Source: Cirrosporium novae-zelandiae (Eukaryota). From it: a stretch of 64,000 bases of DNA. The translations under genes and the position numbers were made by a program. Position 1 is the stretch's first letter, and every line of letters begins with the position of its first letter. Below are positions 23,100-36,021 of this stretch, piece after piece. Under the pieces are notes generated by a model. That model ran no database searches and was not told the origin of the DNA. It saw only the letters and a list, made by a program, of their open reading frames with translations. The stretch covers positions 186,001 through 250,000 of the forward strand of contig JAPETS010000028.1 in the NCBI GenBank assembly GCA_026023565.1. Reading direction: 5' to 3'.

Positions 23100-23738
23100 G
23101 ATGGTGGCAGTGAGGGATCTGAAGAAAGTGAACTGAGACTTTGGGGTCAATGGTGTAGTTGCTACTCTGTGGAGGATTGGATATGGGATTTTATTAAAAA
23201 TATGCATAGGAATTTAGATATGAAAAGAAGGTACACCTGAGGTACCTAAGATAGGTAGGTACGCCAGCGTAGCAGCAAATTAAAGTAGAGAGATGTGCAT
23301 GTGACCAATGGGAACTGTACACCTCACAGAAGGACAAGAGGAAATTGTTGTTGCGTAAAATGCCACTGCAACACCGTGACACCGCCTGGTCTGCAAGGTT
23401 CGACTGTTGACTTGCGCCCGAACGTTTTTAATCTTCCGATGGTACTACTTGGAGAGGGACCTTGTTCCATGTTAACAGCTAATTACGCTAAGCTACATTT
23501 CATCCGCCCATGGTTTAAGAGGGTGGGGTCGGTATCCTCTAATCAATATCTATGTATCGAACACTCCTTTGGAGGATTATGTATTCCCGAGTTCAATGGC
23601 ATGTTGCTTGTAAAATCTTGCTATTGGTACAATACTGCTATTAGTCTTGCATGTAGCTTCTACAGTAAGGGACATCCTTCACATTAGTCCCTTACTTTCC
23701 AAAAACCTGGGACAGCTCATTCCGTCTTATAAATTATA

Positions 23739-25789
23739 TCAAATTTTAAGCCCTCGAACCGCTTGCCATACTTCCAGATCTTGACGTCTTACCGCCTTCC
23801 CGTGACTCGCGTTCAAGGAAGGTGGACCAAAGTTCAGCGAGGGATTCTCTAGTTGAACTGTTATCTGTTGAGAAGTCCGACGACAAGGTTGGGGTGCTGG
23901 GTGCTCGATGGAATGGAGACGTCGAGCCACGAATAGATCCGATGGCTGCACCTGGTCTAGCTAGCCCTGCCTGCTCACGTTGCTCTGCTTACTTTAGTAC
24001 AACCGGTCAAGTATGTCCATTTGAGAATAGCCTACCTTCGGTCCAGCCAAGTAATGCAGCAATGAGTTGAAGAATCTGAAATTTCTTTGGATCAGACCGG
24101 TCAAGGGCTAGGAAATGTAATAAATGATTGGTAACAATTTGCCTGTAACAGTAAGTGTTAAATTCTGGGAGCAGTGTTCAAGTGTCTTACCTATCAACAT
24201 TATCTTCCGGTTTACCCTTCTTCAAGAAACGTAGAGCCTTCGTGAGATGGTCATTGAGGATGACAGCTTCGTGCCGAAGTTTGCCAATCTGCAGGTTCTT
24301 CTCCTTGACCTCTTTTTCAAATGGCAATACTCTCTCAAGGTCATTTTTAAAATTCTCTAAAGCCGCATTAGACTCTTTGACACGTTTCTCCGAGTCTGTA
24401 TTTTTGTTGGTTAGCTCAGTTATCTGAGATTCATAATTCTCCACAAGCTCGCGTAGCTGTTTAGCACGTTCTATAAAGACATTAGCAATTTCTTGGGGGA
24501 TATGCTAGGGGGAATAATACCGTCTTGTAGCTCACGCAGGGCTCGTTGTAGGCCTTCAACGGTGTTCGTCAGAGTGTCTCGATCCAGGGCAGCCTTTTCA
24601 TAGGACGCTTGAAGAGTGGAAACTTGCTCCTCAAGTTCTGCAGCTTTTTCAGTCAAGTTGGTCCGGATTGTTCGCTCTTCCATGGCCAAAACCTCCCAAT
24701 CATGCATGGCCTGCTTGGAGGCTTCATATTCTTCTCGTAGATATGTTTCCCTGTCTATAAAATCATCTCTCTCTTTAGCCCAATTTTGAGAGGATAGGTT
24801 GGTTCGATTTCGTAGGCTCGACAACTCCTTTGAATGTTGCTCGTTTTCCTCCCCTAACTGCGTAATCTGTTCGGCACGCGCCTCCAATATCTCCTTTATT
24901 TGCGCGTTTTCCTCCTCAAGTTCGTCTATTCTTGTTCTAGCTTGCTCCATTTCTTCCTATAAAATATGTAAGTATTTGGAGTCATAGAGACACCAGATAT
25001 CTTACCGCATCGGCCTTTAAACGCTCACCCAGAGAAGATTTGATACTATTCACTTTGCCAAGTAGATTTCTGTATTGATTCTCGGCATGGTCCTTCCCGC
25101 TTTCTGTGTTCTCTAGCTGTTCTCTCAAATCTTCAACTTCGGCTTCATGTTTTGCTTGAATTTCCTCTAAAGATTTCCGTAGCCCCGAAACCTCCACCCT
25201 CAGATTATCTCGATCTTTGACCAGGGCATCAAGCCGTTGGCTAGTGTCTGCCATGTTCGAAGCTGTTGTAGGGGTTGGGGGTGTTGACTGAACACCATTG
25301 GAGGTTTGTTCTAGCTTTTGTGAGCTGTTGGATGCTATTACCATTCCATCACTTTCTCGGCTCTGATCTGGTTCGGGGGCATTTGGTTTGGGAGCATTTG
25401 ATTCGGGAGCTTTAGGTTCGTCGTGATTATTATTGCTTCCGGAATTTGGGGCGTCGATCAAGTCAGAGGCAGATGGTTCCTTTTGCAGCAGTCAGTAAAA
25501 CCCCTGAACCTTGGCCGCTCAATTAGTATGATCGTACTGAAGATTCCTCTTGACCCTCTATTTCTCCTTCATGATCTTCCTTGTCTGCTTCAATCGGAAG
25601 TCCATTGGTTTTTGGCTTGGAATTGTTCTTTCTTTTCTTATTCCTTTTGGCCTTGGATGCTGTGGCACCAGAATCATCAGCTAATTCGGCGACTCGTTGT
25701 TGCTGGGAAACGAGGAAGCCTTGCAATCCAGGGAATTGCCTACCAGTAGGAGTAGGAGGTAAAGCGCTTGAACCCTGGGAGCTCGACAT
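23739..25789 (-). CDS. RUD3: Coiled-coil golgin with GRAB domain (Rud3/Grp1-like)
   Basis: Long coiled coils; 'EKEVKEKNLQIGKLRHEAVILNDHLTKAL', 'DNVDRQIVTN...FQILQLIAALLGWTE'. Four introns. Confidence 0.8.
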
Positions 25790-26752
25790 TTTGTGTGGTG
25801 CTATACGGAGGCCTAGCTGTTGGTTGTCATGAAGGTCCTATGCTAGCGTCGGCGATCCTCGAGCCAAGTCCGAAACCGTGTCGTCTTTGCTTTTGAGTCC
25901 GTGGCTTCTTCCCCAGAGGACGTGAGAGATAATGGTGCATGAAAACCTAAAAGGTGTAAATGGTTGTAAATGGTTGTAAATGATTGAAAAATTATTGTTT
26001 ACTGCTGCCTTCGCTCGGAATAATCCTCATCAGGCATCGCAGTTTTTAAACTCTTCTCCGCGATGTCTTGATAGGAAAAGGTGAAATGGTGGGTGTACGT
26101 AAGGGAGAATTGATTATTGGTCAGTCCAGGCTGAGTCATCCAACCGTCAGAATAGCTTTAAAAACATCATCCACCTCCGCTCTTGCAAATTTTCTTCTTC
26201 TTCATTAGTTATTATTAAACCAAGATCCAGTAAATACCCTTGTTGTCGCATTTACTCCGTTGCGTCTACATATTCCCCAGGTGATCGAGATCAACTTAAG
26301 CCTTTCTAATCCTGCTATACCTTTGAGCTTGCTGCCATCTGGCAATAATCTCTCTATGGAATGATGGGTTCGCTTTGGCTTACAAGCACCTCTGTAGTAA
26401 CACCCTCTTTGTAGTACTGAGGCTTAATACTTACAGTGATTCATATGTATTCCTTATCATTGTATAAAAATGCCATGTATTGGAAAGGGAAAGATAGAGA
26501 AAATTTGATCTCTTTGCTAGCCAAACAAGGACATTGAGTGAATCACACTGCGTCTAACGTATGGTCTCGAGTTCTCAAGATTTAGGTAATACTTTGAGTG
26601 CCCAAGAGAGCTGATAAAGGTTGGGCAGGATAGTAACGGGCCGTTTATACAATGTAAAGTGCAGCACTTTTACTTTCCTAAATGTCCATAGGTGATTAAC
26701 CCGAAATTGAAATCCATTCATATACACCGTAACATTTTTTAAGGAGAGCACG

Positions 26753-27911
26753 CTATAATTGACCCTTTTTCCCCTTCTTCGCCTTTTTCTTTTTAGGTTT
26801 CTCTTCAATCTCAACGATAGCTTCTGTCTTCGATGCAAGCTCTGGTGCAGGCTCTGGTGCAGGCTCTGATGCGGGCTCTGATACGGGCTCTGGTGCGAGT
26901 TCTAGTGCGGACCCCGGTGTAGATTCTGGTAGCGCCTTAGGTTTAGCATAGATTGGAACCTCATCCACGCTCTTCAAAGCTGGAGCTTCGAATTCATAGC
27001 CGATTGCCTTCAGCTTCTCCAGCTTGGATTTCCTTCGTTTTGTTTCTTCATTGACCTTCTTTCGCCATCCGTCCCTAGTCTTTCCCATCTGCAGCTTCTT
27101 TCCTTCTAATCGGTTCCAAGGGATCTTCTTAAACCTCCTGTTTGCACCAGCCCACAGATTCGAATGAATATTTTCTTTCGGGACGTACTTGCATTTGAGA
27201 ATGTGCCCAAACATAAGATAGTTATCCATTGCCTGTGCTACAATCTTGGCAACCTCTGCAGATGCGAACTCAATGAAAGCAAAGTGTTTGGATTGACCTG
27301 TTTTGCGGTTCCGAGATAAGCGGAGGCGTGTGATATCGCCATACTGATTGAAGTAGGCACGCATTTCGCGTTCGTAAAAACCATGAGGTATGCGACTAGA
27401 ACACACTGATTAGCCCTACTACGAATCAAGTGGGAAACAAAGATGACGTACCCAACGTAGACAACGCCTGGCTCGTCTTTCCCCGGCTCCCCTCGTTTTT
27501 TTAGTTGCTTCCGTAGTTTCTTTGCGTCCGGAATTTCTGGAATGTCCTGGCCCTGCTCAAAGCCTTGATCACTGGGCGCATCCTCTCCATCTTTATCTTC
27601 GTCACTATCAAACCCTTTCAACAGCGCAATGGTCTGTTCATCGATACTAGAATCGCTCTCATTGCCGGAGCCTTCTGCAATTAATATTTCTTCTGCCTCA
27701 ATTTCTTGTTCTTCAACAGGCTCTGGTTCTGGGACCGCCTTTGGTTTCTTCAAAGCTGACTTGAGAGGCTTTGCCGGGACTGAGGATGATTTTACGACTT
27801 TTGCTTTCTTAATCGTCCGGGAGACTTCAACAGGAGCTGTAGAATATTATTAGTACGTTCTTTAGTAAAATTGTGAAGCACCATACCCTTGCGCTTCTTT
27901 TCTGTTGCCAT
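26753..27911 (-). CDS. NOP15: Nucleolar RRM protein Nop15 (60S biogenesis)
   Basis: GVVYVG|RIPHGFYEREMRAYFNQYG...LRLSRNRKTGQSKHFAFIEF...MDNYLMFGH. Two introns. Confidence 0.92.
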
Positions 27912-28189
27912 GGTTTCTAACTTTCGAATGATAATAATTCCAAATGTAGTTCGAGAAGTGTCTAAATTCTCCCTCAAGTAGATCGTACCTTCGTGCGAAA
28001 TTTTGGTGGTTCACCGCCTTCGCAAATGTTATTTTCTGCCGGTTAACGAAGCTCTGGCAGCCCACCAATCAGAACCAGGACTTTCTTCAAATGCACCGAG
28101 CTCCAGCTCTCCCTTCCATACTTACTCACATTTGATCAAAGTGCCTTTCAATCTCATTTTGAAGACATTTATGTTCTCCTGAAGCTGAT

Positions 28190-28937
28190 ATGGGGAAACG
28201 AAAGAGAAAGAATCTCTCGGAAGCTGAAATATGGGACGACTCGGCTTTGATCGAATCTTGGGATGCCGCCTATGAGGAATACAAGGTTAGTATTAATTTA
28301 TAATCTCTATATTATATTTTTGCTGACTATGATGTACTCACTATAGCTATATCATAGTATCGCAGCACGAGGTGAAAATGTCGAAGATGTACTGAAAAAG
28401 GCCGAACTCGAAGACTTGACGGGAGATGGAAACGCGAACGTTGAGGGTACAGGTGCTCAAGCTGCCATCCCTGAAGAAAATGGAGGTTCCGAAGATGGTG
28501 AAATTGAAAATGAAGAGAATATAGTTGATGCGCCACAAGTTACGCGTCCAGAAGGCAGCCTTGTAGCCAAGGTATGAGATGACTAGCAAACATCAAATGT
28601 CAAGAATCATACTAATCCACATTCTGCATAATAGGATACAATCTCTAATATACCGAATGGAGTCGATGCGAATCCAAGTGTGGCAGGGAATCTCAACGGT
28701 CAACCTACAGTCACTGTTCCCATGCCACAGCTTCCAGTTGGAAGTCAGTCTAAGCTTTATCTACACCCGTCAAGTTTTTCATTACTAACCGGGATAGTAG
28801 TGCAAGATGAAGGACTCAAAAATCTTATGATGTCTTGGTATTATGCTGGCTACTACACGGGTCTGTATGAGGGGCGGCAACAAGGTCTCCAAGAGATATC
28901 ACAATCACTTGATATGAATAAAGCCAAGACAGGGTAG
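28190..28937 (+). CDS. SMN1: Survival motor neuron (SMN) homolog, Tudor-less fungal type
   Basis: Gemin2-binding 'EIWDDSALIESWDAAYEEYK' in exon 1; YG-box 'LKNLMMSWYYAGYYTGLYEG' in the last exon. Three introns; not visible as one ORF. Confidence 0.9.
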
Positions 28938-30111
28938 ATAACCATGGCAAGGTCGGTCTGGTCTGGTCTAGCCGATGGTTATCTTCATGCAACCAGAACT
29001 TACTCGTCTAATTGACGTCAAGCGTGTCGGGGGCAAGTTGGGCAGGAGGCTAATAGGTGTCCTTCGTGAGCCATCTGAGACGCCTTATAAGCGCGTATAT
29101 GCCGCGGTGAATCTACTATTTTAGGACAGGTATGTGGTGGAAAGCATATTCTGGGACTGAATTATTCAGGAAGATATAGGCTAAGTATTGGTGATGGATA
29201 AAATGCATGGGTTGAGGCAAGCGTGCTCTGATCTAGGATCTAGTTTCTGGCTTGTTCCAACAATATTAAGGCTACAACTATGGTCCCATCCAACTGGTGA
29301 AAAAAAAATGATAGAAAGCTATGTGAAGATTCTGTATCCTAATATCTTGGCGCAAATTTGCCCGCTGAACATGTGGCATGTGGCTGGTTATTTGTCCATG
29401 CTAGAAGCGCAGGTCTCTTGCAGGTCGGGTATCAAAATTCAGGTAGCCAACCAGCATCAACGAAAATTGAGGCTTAGACTTTCGTTACGGTACATAGGTA
29501 CTTTATACTTAACTATATTTTGTTGCTAACGCTGCTGGCGAGACGTTCGATCAACAAGGCTTCATCGCCAAACGCATCTGTAACAGGGACCGAGACACTA
29601 CGAACTTCACCCAAAATTATGCATAACCAACATCTTGTGGGGAGTATTGCTTAAGTTTGTTAAGCTTCTATTATCAGACAATATTATATCTTTTATCACT
29701 CTCCAGTCAATGCCATTTTCGGGAATGGCTGATCCGATGTGCCCCTCATGTCTGATCTTGGGCCCCTCATGTCTCTTGATACAATTTCTGTACCGTTATT
29801 CACCCTATTAATTTCAGGTCCAGATCTCATCTTGGATTTAAACTTGAGTGTCCCCATTGGAGACCCATTCGTTCATTGTTGTTGATATCCACATTGCTTT
29901 TGGAATAGATTCAGGCCATTCATTCCATATCCCTCCTTCCAGTACTTGCAACTGTCCTTCTCTTCTTGCTTCGGATATTCAATCCTTATTTGCACCATTC
30001 CACGCTATCTGTTATAACTTCAATCTTCAATTATACTCATTGAAGGTTAAGAAAACGCCTCTTCACTACAAAAATCTCAACCGACACCAGCAGATATCCT
30101 AGATATCGAAG

Positions 30112-31057
30112 ATGAAGCTCTTAGCATTGGCCACATTCTTTGTCGCGACGCTTGCCATCCCAAGCAGTTATGACTATTCAGGTTCTAACGTCATTACCAT
30201 TGCCAGTACTGTTCAAAGCAGCAGTAACTTGCAGGTAATAATAATAGATTGGTTTGGAGGAGGATCGTCAACGGTGAAGAGCATGAATAGTCCAACAGTG
30301 TCTGCAGGAACAACACACGCAGTATGTAGACAGACTTTTGTTAGTGTAGGGTCTTTACTAACGTTTATATAGGTTACCGTTGGTGGTTCAGCTGGCTTGG
30401 TCTATTCTCCATCTTCAATTGCGGCCAGTGTTGGTGATATGGTGAAATTTACCTTCATGTCGGAGAACCACACACTCACTCAATCGTCTTTCACGGAGCC
30501 GTGCGTGGGTGTGAAGAGTGGAATTAATTCTGGATTTATGCCAAATGCGAATAATTCTGTTTCCCCACCACCATATATGACATTCCAAGTATTGACGGCT
30601 GATCCAACTTGTAAGTACAGTTCTCTAGAGGTTTCGGAGTTGTAATGTCTAACGAAGATTAGGGTTCTACTGTGCCCAAACAGGTCACTGCGGAAAAGGG
30701 ATGGTGTTTTCCATAAACGCAAGTTTAAACAAGACATTCTCCCAATTCCAATCCCTAGCGATCGCTCAGAATGGCACCTCTAATGCCGCCTCTGCGAGTA
30801 CTGCTGTTTCCGCCAGTTCTGCGGTTGCAGTAGCGTCGTCGACGGCCAGCGCAGTTGTTGCTTCAGGGTCTGGAACATCGGCAAATGGCCAAGTCTGCGC
30901 TTGTTCTTGCCTGTGTGGAGTTAATGCGTTTCCAGCTAATGCTGGGATTGGATCGTTTGGCGGTATGTCGGGTAAGTTTTGTCACCTCATATCTAGACAT
31001 CTGGACATCTAGAGGCTTGTTACTAACTCAACCGCAGGTTCAATGTTGTTGACATAA
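30112..31057 (+). CDS. Secreted serine-rich cupredoxin (phytocyanin-like blue copper protein)
   Basis: Signal peptide; 'VGDMVKFTF...NHTLTQSSF...PC'; spliced 'WFYCAQTGHCGKGMVFSIN' supplying the His/Cys/His/Met ligand set; C-terminal CACSCLC. Three introns. Confidence 0.85.
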
Positions 31058-31516
31058 CGTGCGGTGGGTGGCATCATGGGAGAGGAGAGACTGGATACAT
31101 TCACTTGTTACATGTCGACTCCTATTCTCCTATAGAATGGGCCGAAATATCTGGGGCCATGTGTATTTCTGGAAGATACCAATCGCAAGCTAGGACTGGC
31201 GATATAATGTAGTAAATACCCTCTGTTAGTGATGATACTGTGTTAGGCGTTTTGTACGAAATTTTGAAAGCTTGTGATAGACTTTAGTCATATATCAATT
31301 CTAAAAATTTCTCAAATTCTCGGATGAAGAATAGGGCCATGTATTGCCGTACACTGAGCCCTAGGAAAACCGAATGGTCAATATGCGCCACCAATTTCGC
31401 CTTGCTAGAATCGCAGCAATCGTGAGTTCGTTCGATCACAGACGAGAGATGCCCATATATCATCTACTTCCCATCTGTCCCTCTCGATCGGATCGAGAAT
31501 GGGGTATGTTGCGAAT

Positions 31517-31878
31517 CTATTTCTTCTTGCCACCTGCAGCTTCGGCCTTCCTTTTCTCATCAGCTATCATAAATTAGCGTCCATATCTAGATATAAGATG
31601 TGCGTGATCAGGACGGCTTACCCAATTTCTGTTTCTCCTGCATGATCTTGGCTTGCTCTTCTTTCGTACGAGCGAACTCGGTGCCAGATTGCTGTGACAA
31701 GAATAAGCGGAAATGTATAAAAAAGAGATGAGATGGTTCAACATACATTGTTCCTCTTTTTCTGAAATGATTGTCAGCACAGTAAGACCAAGAAGTAGAT
31801 AAGCGGCGAACATACCACAGAAGAGGCAGCCTTGAGAGTCTTCTCACGAGCCTTATCACGTTGATTTCCACGAGCCAT
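31517..31878 (-). CDS. SERF: SERF/4F5 family small EDRK-rich protein
   Basis: Four exons giving MARGNQRDKAREKTLKAASSV|KKRNN|QSGTEFARTKEEQAKIMQEKQKL|ADEKRKAEAAGGKKK*. MARGNQR is the 4F5 signature. Confidence 0.88.
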
Positions 31879-33118
31879 TATTATTGTGATATAAATGAAA
31901 GAGAAATATATTTCTGGATTGTTGGGTAGGTGTCAGCAAAAGCAAAAGCAAAATCTTTCTGTTAGCAGACGATTGTGGAAAAAGAAGACAAAAAGAAGAG
32001 CGGGAGAAGAATAAGGATTAATGACCATAAATACCTAATAATACCTAATTATCGGTGGCTAAGAAGGGAGTTTTGACCAATAAAAGATTAGACCCGATTA
32101 AAGTGCGCAAACCTTCAGATGAGTCTAGACAAACTCGGTGCTAATGCCATTCCCACAGCACAGCATGAATGTTCATGGCCAGCTCACAAGTCATCAAGAA
32201 TTTACTTATTAGACTACAGCACCCTACTCGAGTACACGTTAGTTATGTTAATTATGTAATCCAATAGTTCATTGTCTGTCCGTAATTATGTCTGTTGGGT
32301 TAGCCGCTGAGACATGTACAACCCCAAAACTGAAACAATTGAATTCAGAGTCTCTTAACCACTCATTCATGTCCATCCCGAAGCTTGAAGACAATTCTCT
32401 GAATTTGGGCTGCAAAGGCTTTTCTTTTGCCTCATCGAGCCCAAATCCTTTAGCCGTTATGCTTCTCTTCTTCCTATCAAATGTTCCAATTGATCGTCTT
32501 CTTCAACTTTGATCCTGGACCTGCTCGAAACACCCAGGTTTGACTGTGTAGAAGGTGACCACCTGCGGCACAAAAATAGCTGCATCCAATCATGGAGCAG
32601 GATTTTGGCAATCTGCATCTTCAATAAGACAAATATCGACTCAAAAGAATGATTCAGCAATAGAACAATAGACTGGCCTTTATGTGTTTCGTAACCCGAG
32701 ATCTAGTAGTCATTTTATTGATCATAGCTTCAATATCTTGACCATTCTCCTTCTTCATTTTTCATTTCGAATTCATTTCTCTTTATTTCTTCAACGCATC
32801 TTGAATATCTTCAGCCTTTCCGGCAAGGCATCTCTTTTCAACCTTTGTACTCACACAACTCTCCTTCAAATCAGCTCCTTTCTCCAACTCCAGCTTCATT
32901 TTCTACCTGCACGCCGGCGTGACATCACTGCTACCTAGCATCTTCTTGAATACTTTCAGCACCTATTGAGGTCTGGTCCTTTCCAACACTTGTATGTACA
33001 TGGTTTCTACCTCTGCCTCTCTTCCAGTTCTATCGCACTAACAAGTTTCAAAGAAATCCACTATTTGACTTATTTATCATCCTAAAGACCTTATTCAACA
33101 TCTGTGCTGGTCATCAAG

Positions 33119-33970
33119 ATGCCTTTCTTTAAGAAATCCTTGGCCGGGCCAGGTTACATTATTCTCAACGTCATCCGAGTCATGAATATAATCGCCCTCC
33201 TAACCGTTGTGGCAGCAAGCGCTGTCATGCTAGTCAAGACCTTTGTCGTCAGCAAGTTTTTCTTTTTCGATGCCTGCAGCCATATTATCACGGCTAGCCT
33301 TGCAAGTGGGTGAGCGCTTCAAGATCCATAACACTGTTTGCTAATGTAAGACTAGCATTCCTTATCTTGTCGGAGATTTCTTTATTTCGAGGTTACTTTG
33401 AACGAAATTGGCCACTCTACAGTATTTCCTCGGGTCTAGTTGCTCTTGGACTCACAATGGTTTCTCTTGGCGTTTTGATTCTGGGTAATCTCAACAAGCA
33501 GGCCACGAGCCAGAAGTCTTTGGGTTTACCATTTTGGAGGATAGTTATTTCATCTGGAATCATAGTTTCGGTGTTGGGGATTGCCAATATCTTCGCAGTA
33601 AGGTTATAGGTACCAAGTTAGTATTAGACTTGACTAACCCGAAGCCTAGAGCTATATTTTCCGAGACAACAAGATGGGTATACCAGTTACTGCCCGCCAA
33701 GTTCGCTCCTATGGAGCAGAGGCTACCCAGAAAGTCTGCTCTACACCTTCTAGCCCTCGTAGATCATTCCTCCTTCGACGCGCGAATACCTCCGCCACTT
33801 TACCATCTTACAGCTCATCAGAAACGAGACAGCAGCCTCCAAGATTACCGCTCCAAATATCCAGGCCTATGAACACCAACCAAGAGCAATTCGCTAAGTT
33901 TGAAAAGAGTCCCGAGGCCTACGCGCCAAAGACCCCCGACCTGGCTTATCATCCGGCAAATATGGTTTAA
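33119..33970 (+). CDS. Conserved fungal four-TM membrane protein of unknown function
   Basis: MPFFKKSLAGPGYIILNVIRVMNII..., four hydrophobic segments, tail with 'LPSY' and 'ISRP'. Two coding introns and a probable 5'UTR intron near 32992-33052. Confidence 0.8.
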
Positions 33971-35568
33971 AATGCTGAAATTTGTTTGATGGCGGGATTG
34001 GGTGTTCAAAGGTGCAGGGTCTAGGAGGATATCACGTAGGACTGACCTAGACCTAGAGAGATATTCTGGTATGGAGGTTTACATGAGTAAGTAAGCAAGG
34101 GAGAATTGGAATTTTATAAGCCCAGGCGGGGCATAATCATTTTGTTGGAGGAGGAAACACGGGTTTCTTGAAGGGTAGGATGATGCATGTCCCAACTCAG
34201 GAGATGCATATTTTTCTCTGGATGTATTATGGGGAGGGGGGGGATTACGGAGTTTTGGCTACAACATATGTTATACCCATGATGATCTCTTATGATCTCT
34301 CCATTAATTAGCCCTGATTAATTGGAGACTATTAAAACAATTACGGTATTTCTCTATCTTAGAAATCTAGCTTGATTTCCTTAGGTCGTAGCAATAATCC
34401 TAATTCGAAAAAAACCCCCATAGAAATGAAATTTCCATAGCATACCACAACCCCAGCAACAACATTCCCAAAACAAAGCCTACTTACCTACTTACTTATT
34501 CACTCAGCCTCTACCTACCTACACCATCCACCCATCAACCCCCTCCATACCCCACCCATTTACATCTACACCTAATACTTAAAAAAACATGTATCTCATC
34601 AAATAGACGCAAAGTCCTCACAGCCACACCTAAGGCATAAGCTAAGACCCTGCAACACGAAGTGAGAAAAACAAATCCTTCTCGGCAATAATTTTGATCT
34701 CGGGGATCATGGGGGAAGTAGATCGGCCCGAGTCTTCGAATGTGCCTTTATGGGGGAGAGGAGGGGGGATGAGATTGGGGGGGATGGGGAAGGGATTTCA
34801 TTTCATATCATCGTCATTGTAGGTTGTGTTGGTAATATCTTCGAAAACATTTCATTTCATTGTTTTGATGAGTGAGAGTGAATGTTGGATGTTGGATGTT
34901 GGATGTTGGGTTATTTCATTTCATCATTGTCATCATTTTTTCACATCATTATGGGTTAGATTTGATTCGAGCTCTGAGAAGATCTGAGGTCCAAGATCCA
35001 AAATCGGGGTTGGATGGAGTTAGGTAGTAGAGAATTATCTTCGAAAATATTTCATTTCATTTCATTGTTTTTTTGACGACTGAGCTGGGCGAGAATGAAT
35101 GTGTGAGTGTTGGATGAAGGAACGAGAAAAGAGAGCGAGGGAAAAAGAAGAAGAAAAAGAAGAAGGAAATTTAAAGACCCTTGGTCTTTTGGTTGTGTGT
35201 GGCTGGCTGTTTTTCTGCCGTTGGGGTCCGCCTCTCTGTCTGTACGGTAGGACTGGCCAATCGTGTGTTAGGTTGCTCGTAGGACATATCTAGACATTTT
35301 TCTCTCTCCAGGCCCCATTTATTTATATTCATACTCGTACTCATATCTATTTCTATACTGTACTGTACTATACCAATATATATGAAACTTTTTCCTCGCT
35401 AATTTTAAATTAAAACTCCCAATCTTTCTTTTCTGGATACCTAGGTATGATGGAATGCTGGTTGGTTTAGGGCATAGGCTATGAAAAAAAGGCCGACACT
35501 TTCTGTGGTAATTAGAAGATGTATGGAGTATATAAACTAAGCGATACATGAACATAAAACAATGAATT

Positions 35569-35570
<2 letters not shown>

Positions 35571-35603
<33 letters not shown>
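35571..35603. repeat. (CAT)11 microsatellite
   Basis: Perfect trinucleotide run; produces the spurious poly-Met ORF in the track. Confidence 0.95.
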
Positions 35604-36021
35604 AGAGTATATAATTGATTAATCGATTTTTGGTTTTTTGGTTTAAATAACAAAGCTCAAAATCCCCCAGTTATCAAGATAATGGATGGGATCAGGAATT
35701 ACTTACTTACCAGAACTAAGATAGGAAAATATAGACTAATTAGATGACCTGATCGTCTCTGTGAAGATGAAGTTGGAAAAGTGAAAGTGAAGCTGAAACG
35801 GAAACGCTCAACCTAGATTGAGTCTTCATCTTGAGGTAAGCTGGATCTGTCTTTTTACTACGGTAGCTATTGAGAATTCTGATGGTGTCTTTTTTCGTGC
35901 ACTGGATGATGGGTTAAAATCTGGCATACGATATGTATAGTACTAAGAAATCTAAGATAATGTGAAATTGGCGTCAATTGCAGATATTATACTTTTCCAT
36001 TGCAGCTGCCTGATAAACAAA

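Noticed and set aside
35319..35603. Poly-Met ORF
   Set aside because: An artefact of the (CAT)n microsatellite.
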